A stretch of DNA of 64,000 nt, taken from the human T2T-CHM13v2.0 reference genome, Homo sapiens. The translations under genes were made by a program, and so were the position numbers. This document shows, piece by piece, positions 54,669 through 64,000 of the stretch. Each line of letters opens with the position of its first letter. Positions within the stretch are counted from its first letter, which is position 1. Location of the stretch: the NCBI RefSeq assembly GCF_009914755.1, contig NC_060929.1; one strand, written 5' to 3'. Below the pieces are notes generated by a model. That model made no database searches. It was not told the DNA's origin and worked only from the letters and a program-made list of their open reading frames with translations.

Positions 54669-54929
54669 GATACCCTCTTTTATTTCTGATGTTGGTAATT
54701 TATGGCCTCTCTTTTTCTCAGCTGGTCTAGTTCGAAGTATATCAGTTGTTTTTATCTTTTCAAGAACCAACTTTTGATTTTGTTTATTTTTCTCTATTGA
54801 TATCCTGCTTTCAATTTTATTAATTTATGCTCTAGTTTTCACTGTTTCTTTTCTTCTGTTAACTTTGGATTTAATTTCCTCTGTTTCTAGTTTCCTAAAT
54901 CATAACCTTAGATTATATATGTTACATCT

Positions 54930-55468
54930 TTCTTTTCTTTCTTTTTTTATTTTACTTTAAGTTCTGGGATACCGGTGCAGAATGTGCAGGTTTGTTACAT
55001 AGGTATATGTGTGCTATGGTGGTTTGCGTCACCTATTGACCCATCTTTTAAGTTCCCCTCGCACCCCACCCCCCAACAGGCCCTGGTGTGTGTTATTCCC
55101 CTCTCTGCGTCCATGGGCTCTCACTGTTCAACTCCCACTTATGAGTGAGATGATGCAGTGTTTGGTTTTCTGTTCCTATGTTAGTTTGCTGAGGATGGTG
55201 GCTTCTAGCTTCATCCACATCCCTGCAAATGATATGCTCTCATTCCTTTTTATGACTGTATAGCATTCCATGGTGTATATATATCATATTTTCTTCATCC
55301 AGTCTATCGTTGATGGGCATTTGGGTTGGTTCCATGACTTTGCTATTGTAAATAGTGCTGCAATAAATATATGTGTGCATGTGTCTTTATGATAGAATAA
55401 TGTATATTGCTTTGGGTATACACCCAGTAATAGGATTGCTGTGTCAAATGGTATTTCTGGTTCTAGAT
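54930..55468 (-). mobile_element. L1PA8A-like 3' segment with decayed A tail
   Basis: ttttactttaagttctgggatac...acctattgacccatctttta...ggtatttctggttctagat. Confidence 0.9.
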
Positions 55469-56421
55469 AAGCGACTTAAGCAAAGTATCAGGATACAAAA
55501 TCAATGTACAAAGATCACAAGCATTCCTTTACACCAACAATAGATAAGCAGAGAGCCAAATCATGAATGAACTCCCATTCACAATCATTACAAAGAGAAT
55601 AAAATACCTAGAAATACAACTAACAAGGGATGTGAGGACCACTTCAAGGAGACCTACAAACTACTGCTCAAGGAAGTAAGAGAAGACACAAACAAATGGA
55701 AAAACATTCCATCCTCTTGGATAGGAAGAATCGGTGTTATGAAAATGGCCATACTGCCCAAAGTAATTTATAGATTCAATGCCATTCCCACCAAACTACC
55801 ATTGACTTTCTTCACAGAATTAGAAAAGCTACTTTAAATTTCATATGGAATCAAAGAAGACCCCATACAGAAAAGACAATACTAAGCAAAAAGAACAAAG
55901 CTGGAAGCATCATGCTACCTGACTTCAAACTATACTACACGGCTACGGTAAACAAAAGAGCATGCTACTGGGACCTAAACAGACATATAGACCAATGGAA
56001 CAGAACAGAGACCTCAGAAATAACACCACACATCTAAAACCATCTGATCTTTGACAAACCTGACAAAAACAATCAATGGGGAAAGGATCTCCTATTCAAT
56101 AAATGGTGCTGGAAAAACTGGCTAGCCATATGCAGAAAACAGAAACTGGACCCCTTCCTTACACTTTATACAAAAATTAACTCAAGATGGATTAAAAACT
56201 TAAATGTAAAACCCAAAACCATAAACATCCTAGAAGAAAACCTAGGCAATGCCATTCAGGACATAGGGTTGGGCAAAGATCTCATGACGAAAACACCAAA
56301 AGCAACTGCAACAAAAGCCAAAATTGACAAATGGGATCTACTTAAACTAAAGAGCTTCTGCACAGCAAAAGAAATTATCATCAGTGTGAATAGGCAACCT
56401 ACAGAATGGGAGAAAATTTTT
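55466..56421 (+). mobile_element. Inverted ORF2 segment of the same L1PA insertion
   Basis: Sense L1PA ORF2 from gataagcgacttaagcaaagtatcaggatacaaaatc to acctacagaatgggagaaaattttt (ORF 56269: [23 protein letters not shown]). Confidence 0.9.
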
Positions 56422-59377
56422 ATTTCGATTTTATTCAATGTATTTTTTATTTTTTAAGATTTCTTCTTTAACTCATGTATTATGTGCAAATGTAATGTTT
56501 AATCTTCAAGCATTTTGGAATTTTCTGTCTAAAATTTTTTACTGATTTCTAGTTTACTTCAATTGTAGTCTGAGAATAGACATTACATGATTTCTATTAT
56601 TATTTTAAATTTGTTAAGTGTGTTTTATGATCCAGAACATGGTTTGTCTTGTATCTTGGGGAACGTTACATAAGAGTTTGAGAAGAATGTATAATCAGTT
56701 TTTGTTGGATGAAGTAGTATATAGATGTCAATTATATCTAGTTGATAAATGGTGCTGTTGAGTTCAGCTATATACATACTGACTTTCCCTGCTAGATCTG
56801 TCCATTTCTGATTGAATAAACATCCCCAATTCTAATAGTATATTCATTTACATCTCCTCACAGTTACATCAGTCTTTTGCATCACACATTTTGATACTTT
56901 TTTGTAGGCACATACACACTGACGATTGGTATGTCTTATTGGAGCATTAACCCCTTTACCATTATATAATCTCCTCCTTTATCCTTACTAATTTTTCTTG
57001 CACTGAATTTGGCTGTCTGAAGTTGATGTAGCTACTCTCATTTCTTTATTAGTATTAGCATTATGTCTTTCTTCATCCCTGTATTTTTAATCTATATATA
57101 TCCTTATATTTAAGATGAATTTGTTGTAAAGAACAAATAGTTGGGTCTTGTTTCTTGATCTATTCTAACAATCGCTTTTAATTGATGTTTAAAGTGATAA
57201 TTGATATAGTTGAATTAATATCTAACATATATGTTAATGTTTTCTATTTCTTGCCCTTATTCTTCTTCCTAATTTTGTCTTCTACACATTTGCCTTCTGT
57301 GGTTTCAGTTGAGCATTTTATATATCATTTTCTCCCCCTTTTAAGCATATCATTTAAACTTGTTTTTGTATCTCTTTTAGTGGTTGCCCCAGAGTTTGCA
57401 TTATTCATTTAACTAATCCAAGTCCACTTTCAATTAACACTGTACCAATTTATGAATAGTGCAGGAACCTTATAATATTCCTAATAATTCTCAATTTTCA
57501 TCTTTTTAATACTGTTATCATTCATTTTATTTACACATGGGAATACATAAGCATATACATATGCATAAGCATACATAATCAAATGCATTGTTGTCATTAT
57601 TTTGAAGAAATTGTTACATCAAGTGAGAATAAGAAAACTAAAAGTTTTTTGTGTTCACTTACTCATTCTGATACCCTTCCTTTCTTTATGTGGATCAGAG
57701 TTTCTGACCCATATCATTTTTCTTCCCTTTGAAAATTTTATCATTTCTTGAAGGCAAGTCTACTGGCACAGATTTCCTCAATCTTTGCTTGTCAGGAAAA
57801 GTATTTCTCCTTAAGTTGTCAAGGATAATTTTGCAGGGTACAGAATTCTAGGATGGTGGTTTGTTTTCCCCTTAATGCTTTAAATATTTCACTCCACTCT
57901 CTTCTTGCTTGCATGGTTTCTGAGGCAAAGTCAGATGTAATTCTTATCTATGGTCCTCTATAGGTAAGATGTTTTCTACCCCTCTTGCTTCTTTCAATAT
58001 TTTTCCTTTATCTTTGATTTTCTGAAGTATGAGTATAATATGGTTAGGTTTCATTTTTTGAGTATTTAGCCTGCTTGATGTTCTTGGTGCTTCCTGGATA
58101 TATGGTTTAGTGTCTGGATATATGGTTTAGTGTCTGACATTAGTTTGGGGAAAAGTATCAGTGACTATTGTTTCAACTATTGCTTCTGATCCTTTCTCTC
58201 TTTTTTTTTTCTCCTTCTGAAATTCCCATTACTCAAAAATTATACCTTTTATAGTTGTCTCATAGTTCTTGGATATTCTGGGGTTTTGTTTGTTTCAGCC
58301 TTTTTTCTCTTTACATTTCAGTTTTGGAAGTTCCTACTTTCATGTAATGAAGTTCAGCAATTCTCTCCTTAGCTATGTCCATTCTACTAATGAATCTATC
58401 ACAGATTATTCATTTATGTTAGTGTTTTTGATCTTAACATAATTTTTTATTTTTTCTTAGTATTTTCATCTATTTTGCATATCCATCTGTTCTTGCATGT
58501 TGTCTACTTTTTCCATTAAAGCCCTTAGTATATTAATCACAGTGGTTTTAAATTCCCATTCTGATAATTTCAATATCTGACTCTGGTCCTGATACTTGTT
58601 CAGGCCCTTCAAATTGGTTTTTAGCCTTGTAAAGTTTTTGTTGGAATCTAGACATGATGTACTAGGTGAAAGAAACTTCAGCATATGGTTTTTTAGTGGT
58701 GTGGTATAATGTGTAGGGGAAGTGGAAGTGTTCTATGGTTCCATGATTAGGTCTCACCCTTTTGGTGAGCCTGTGCCACTGGACTGTGAACTTCACTATT
58801 GTTTTTCAACCTTTCCCTCTCCTCTTAAGCGGGACAAAATAGCTAGAGGGCTGAAGTTGTGCATTCCTCTTCCCCTTTGTGGAAGGTTGAAGGGAGCTGG
58901 AGTTGGGCATTTTCCTTTTCCCAGGTAGGTTAGGCTCTGATAAAAACCCTGCAGTTTAGTCTCTGGTAAATTTTTTTCTCCAGAGGGCAGGTCTTGTTAA
59001 GAAGAGCAGAACACACTTGTGTATTTTTAAATGGTTACTCCCCACCCTATCCCCTGTCCACACAGGAGGGGATTTTTCTTTCATGTTTACTGTGAGAACC
59101 TGATAGAGCTCCTGGAGGTAAAACTAACAAGTGTGTCCCCTTCTCCATGACTGAGTCCCCTGGAGTTCTTAAATCTCAAATTTGTCCACACTGAATTTCC
59201 AGCAATTCATCAATTACAGTGTAGGTTTATCTACATTGACATTGGTTGTCATGGAAGTTTCTGCTCTAAGTTGTCATTCTCTGTATCTGCCTATTTGACG
59301 TTTTAATTCCGGGAGCAAAAGTTTGTCTTGTGACCTCACCTTTCTTATGAAGTTAAAAAGAGTTATTGACTTTCCAA

Positions 59378-59379
<2 letters not shown>

Positions 59380-59418
<39 letters not shown>

Positions 59419-59535
59419 TTAAAGACAGGGTCTTATTATGGTGCTCAGACTGGCCTTGAGCCCCTGGGCTCAAGTGATTCCTCTGCCTCAGCTTCCAAGT
59501 AGCTGGACCCATAGCCACACACCACTCTGCCCAGC
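59380..59535 (-). mobile_element. FLAM_A/FAM-type Alu monomer whose tail region carries a (TG)18 microsatellite
   Basis: (TG)n 59380-59416 then agacagggtcttattatg...ctgggctcaagtgattcctctgcctcagc...gcccagc. Confidence 0.8.
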
Positions 59536-59830
59536 TCTGTTTATCTTTTTGCTTGGTGATAGGATGTGGTGGAGACTTCTAAGATCCTTACATGTAAGAC
59601 CAGAAACCTGAAGTCCTGGTTTTAGCTTAATGATATTGTTATCTACCACTTGCAGAATGCTAAGGACATTTTCTAATTCCAAGCCATTTTCAAATGCCAA
59701 CCCTCAACTATAATGAAAACCATAATGTCCTAAAGTTTAATTTCTGAAATAGCTCAACTACACATTTAAAATGATGTACAAAATTTTAATCTGAAAGTAA
59801 ATAGATATGAATTTTCACACATCATTCATA

Positions 59831-59893
<63 letters not shown>
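59831..59893. repeat. Compound (TC)11(TG)20 microsatellite
   Basis: Read directly from the sequence. Confidence 0.97.
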
Positions 59894-59896
<3 letters not shown>

Positions 59897-61719
59897 GGAA
59901 AAAGAGTTTCAAGGAATTTAAGTGAATACCTTTTATACAAAAGTTTAGTAACAAATATAACCTCAGCTTAACTTGAGCCTGGCAAAGCAGAGAATACAGC
60001 AAATGAAAGAAGAGCCCGTCAAGAAGTAATTGTGGGTAGTCTTTATGAAATCTACACTTTCACCCTAACTCATTGATTCATTTTGGTTTCTGTAACCTTG
60101 TGGTCCTGCCAGGAAACTTGATAATAAATTAAATCTTCTCAGACTTTCCTGACTCAGGGATTCTCATTCTTGCTTTCATTCTCATTCTAGAGAGAGATAG
60201 AAAATTAATCAATGAATTATTAATTTTAATAATAACATAAAATTAATACAACTCACTCCTCCTACGCTAAAGAGAAGCTGCCATCTAATTAAAAGAGGAA
60301 TTGCGCTACGATTTAAAAGAAATGGAGGTAGCCATTTGTTAACAGGAACATTACCATTTTAGTAAAGACTGAAATGAGATCACTGGAAGCATAATGTTCG
60401 TCCAGAATTGTTTTTATCTTAAAGAGACATTGCCATCAAGTTTCACTTTCCCTAGAAAAGCCTGGTGTGGATGTAGTATTGAGGTAGAAAGCAGTGATGA
60501 AAGAACAAGAAGATAAAAATAATATTATAACATTTTCTCTGTGCTCTCCTCATCATCTAGTGCAGAAGTATTAAAGGAGGACTCCTTGATCTGAATTTTC
60601 TGAAAACTTTATCATTAACAGCTGAGAAACCAAGATAACGGCATCAATATTTAGACCTTTAAAGTTAGTGTTCTTTTACTTCCAATTTATAGAAACTGAC
60701 TTCAAATACTTCAACCAAGTAAGGATCCCATCATAGAAACATGGCTTCTGGGCTCAGCCTTATGATTGCCAGTGACAGCTGTCAGAGGAATAGGATCATA
60801 ACAGGCTGATCACACATCCAAAAACTGCTGGGAGCTGTGGCCTGAGATGGTATTTCTCTCCTTGGAACTCTTTACCTACATATTAATAATATGACAGGGA
60901 CACACTGGTGAGATAGAAATTAATCCAACAACTCTCCATGGTAACGAGTTTATCACCCACTCTCACATATTTGTTGTGGTTCTTTGATTTCTTTGGTTGT
61001 CTTTTTTTAAATTTTTCTCAAGAAGCAGATGTACCCTCTGAAAGTGAGGCTTGATATAGCATTGTCTTTGGTTTCTCTCCAGATGTGGCCAATTTAACAG
61101 CTCATAGGATGGCAAACAAATGCTTTCCAGGGAGAAATCAAATTATGACATTTAAGTCTTAATTGCTGCTTAGAATAATACCCTTTTTAATGTTTAATTC
61201 AAATAAATTGACTTCATAGTTCTCTACATTTAACTAAAAAGAGATGTTGAGTTTTAAAAAACAATAATTCACTTCTATAGTATTTCTTAAAACTAAAAGA
61301 AATGTAGTTTTGTATGACTTTCTTTATATTCATGAAGTGTAACTACTATGTATTTAGTTGTATCATAGTTTACACCTTGTCTCCCACGTACTTACTGATG
61401 TGCAAAATCTAGTTCTTAGGGAAACATGGAAATTCTGCAAACATCTGTCATCCTGTATCCCCCACAACTACATAACAATAGGATCTTGAATTTGCAAAGC
61501 ATGAAATTAGCATATTTTCTCTCTGCCAGCCCTAATGCCTGAAATTCTGCCCTCAAAATATAATTAATTTTATTTAAAGAATGTACTTCCAGAAGTCACC
61601 TGTTAAAAACTCAAATACTGCTAGAAGGGACAATACATTAATTTATTAGGTGAGAGATACAATTCAATCCCACATAAGATTTAACTTTGCAAGTCCATGT
61701 CAGTAGACCCATCCAAGAA

Positions 61720-61880
61720 AAAAATGGGATGCCTGAAGAGGCGATGAACTCCCAACTGTAGGAGGTTATTAAGCAGGGTCTAAATAGCCACCTAGCAGAG
61801 ATATTACATATTTAGGCATTGAATGGAATATTAAATATGGTGATTGCTGAGATCCTTCCACATATGAAATTCTAGCATTT
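61720..61880 (+). mobile_element. L3/CR1 3' relic
   Basis: aatgggatgcctgaagaggcgatgaactccc...aagcagggtctaaatagccacct...gagatccttcca. Confidence 0.55.
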
Positions 61881-62414
61881 TGTTTGCTTCTTTATGCAGC
61901 CATTCATCTATCTAACATGTATTCAGTTTCTGCTACTATTATAAACTCTGGCCAATCAGCTGTAAACAAAAGTGTCAGAGACCATGATGCTGAGGAGATT
62001 ATAATCAAAGGCTCTATAATTAGTCATTGGTATTACAGCATGAAGTAGTTTATTAAAAAGTTAGACATGTTACTGCTTGTGCAGTTGTTGATAATTATAT
62101 GGTGGGAAGTCTGCTAAATCTGGTCCAGCAGATGCATAAGTAGAGCATGGGGCTGGGGGCTGCCCAGGACAGAAGAGGCCGGGGAAGAATGAGGCACCAG
62201 TGGAATGTAGCACAGGTACATTAGAAACTGTTAGAAAGGCACTTCTCAAATCACAGGATCGTGAGTTCCAACAACCACCCCACTCTGTTCAAATCTCCTC
62301 CAAAAGCTTTGTCCTCTCTCTTTTGATGATATTCAGTGACAATTGCCTTATTATTTTCCCTTCTAACAGCTCAACTTCATTATATTCTAGTCTTAACTAC
62401 TACTAATGTTAACA

Positions 62415-63125
62415 AGAATAACAACCGTAACTTGCAGTTATTGAGCACATGCTAGAGACTGCATTATCTGTATGAATTATCTCACTTTATTCCTTACAAA
62501 TGCCCTATAAAGGAGGATCTAATATTATCTGTACTTCACAAGTGGTATCACTGAGGCTCAGTTCAGTGAAGTAACTTGAACACGAAGTCAGCCTTAAATA
62601 ATTAGATTCAGAAAATATGATTAAGTATAGAGTTTATCTGAGCACAAAGCTTGAGACTGGTAACCCAGGAAAGCATGAACTCCAAGTGAATCAGGTCAGC
62701 TTTTCCAAAGTTGAGAAGTTACAGTTTCCATTTTACAGGAAGACAGTGAAATTCCAGCAGGATTACATTTTCCATACAAGACCAGTGCACACACCCACAG
62801 CGATTGATTGGTTACAGATTGCTATATTCCAAGGAAGCTTACTTTATTACTCTGTGAGGAGGGGTGGTGATCTGAGGGGGTTTTATCTCTGGCGTTTAGT
62901 CTTCCTAATTATCTATAGGAACAAAAAAGGCGGAAGTTGCAGCTGCAGGCTCGGTGACTCAGATCACATAGCCACATTCCTCTCAAGGCTCAGGATAATT
63001 TGAAGTTCCAGCAGCTTTAAGTTATTTTAAGTTTGAATTATTTAATTTCACAATGATAATACAGTAAGTGGCCAAGCCAGAACTCAAACTCAAGCCAATC
63101 CAATGCCAAAGTCCCGGCTCTGTGG
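62415..63125 (-). mobile_element. MIR split by an ERV1 LTR
   Basis: actgaggctcagttcagtgaagtaacttg before the LTR continues as agtaagtggccaagccagaactcaaactcaag after it. Confidence 0.75.
62586..63052 (-). mobile_element. ERV1 (MER4-group) solo LTR, LTR23/LTR24-like
   Basis: Minus start tgtgaaattaaataattcaaac...aaagctgctggaacttcaaattatcctgagccttgagaggaatgtggc; 4-bp TSD acga/atga (CpG decay) at 62582-62585 and 63053-63056. Confidence 0.8.
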
Positions 63126-64000
63126 TTTATTTTTATGTTGGGCTGAAGCTAGCTTCTTTGGAGCTTTAAACCCTGGTTCTGATTATATTGCCTGGATCTT
63201 CACAAAAGCTATACTGCTCATGTACCTGACAGATAACTGAAGATATGTTCTCAACACTCCTGCAATCTTTTCTTCTGATGAAATAACTCCATTTCCTTGA
63301 TTCAATCTTCACTGGATATGGCTTCCAAATGCCTCCCCTGCCTGGTCTCATGTCTCCTTTAAAATTCAGGAATTTTTCTGAAACTCTCTCAAAGTGATAT
63401 ACGAGAAGGGAACACAGTCTCCACATGTGACCTACTAGGCACTGAGTGGAGCAGGATCATCACTGTCATTATTACCATCCATCAGCTACTGTCCATTGCC
63501 ATTATCACAACAGCAAATAATAATCAAATTCATATTCGAGCTTAGCAATTGGGCTTAAAAACATAGCTTTTGATTTTCACAATTTTCTTCTTGTTCTAGA
63601 CACCATTAATACTGCTGAAGGACACTTTTTTTTTTCTTTTTTGCTAGAAAGTACCTCCTTGTCATGAGTTGAAGCCTATCTTCCCACAGCTTTCCAACTT
63701 TGATCCAATTTTGCCAGGAAGAAAGAAAAGTCATATAGCTAGTGAGTGGAGCTGGAATTCCAACCCAGGTCTATATTACTCAAAGCCCATACATAGTCTT
63801 AGCTACTTTTCTACAATGTGTCTAGTGTTACCTGAAGACATGGTCAGCATGTTCTGTCCAAATCACTAACAGAATTGATCAATAGAATCAAGCTGAGGAA
63901 ATAACACTATTAAATAATCTTCATGTTCTTTCCTGTTTCACCCAGGGCTGGGCTGTTATATAACACTTTCTTTGCCCATTCAAGGGCTCATAAGAACATT

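Larger units (their letters stand above)
51448..59617 (-). mobile_element. Near full-length L1MC (L1MC1-like), decayed; contains AluJ, L1PA8A and FLAM insertions
   Basis: L1MC 3'UTR gtttacattagggttcactcttggtgtt; antisense ORF2; ORF1 N-terminal remnant (EFKTTVINILRALMEKVDNMQEQM in ORF 58466..58684); L1MCa-like 5' end near 59617. Confidence 0.88.

Noticed and set aside
62617-63003. 128-aa ORF
   Set aside because: Entirely within an LTR

Overview
Primate (most likely human, given a near-consensus AluYa5-lineage insertion) AT-rich non-coding DNA, either intergenic or deep intronic. I find no credible protein-coding exon, RNA gene, CpG island or CRISPR-like array. Well over half of the window is transposable-element relic: several large L1 blocks (L1PA, L1MA, L1MD, near full-length L1MC, an L1PA8A with a 5' inversion), about 10 Alu/FLAM copies, about 10 solo LTRs (LTR5A/HML-2, THE1, MSTA, MLT1A, MER50, LTR47, LTR28-like, LTR23/24-like, LTR33), L2/MIR/L3 relics, DNA-transposon MITEs and microsatellites. 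The ORF track is explained by L1/Alu/LTR remnants, microsatellites or chance. I do not see an undescribed biological system. The most notable items are insertion-mechanism footprints (an HML-2 solo LTR inside an Alu in a multi-layer L1 stack, a twin-primed L1 with apparent target-site deletion, a very young Alu with a perfect 14-bp TSD) and a few weak candidate regulatory elements. Subfamily names are from recalled consensus sequences, not from a database search, and boundaries of old repeats are approximate.
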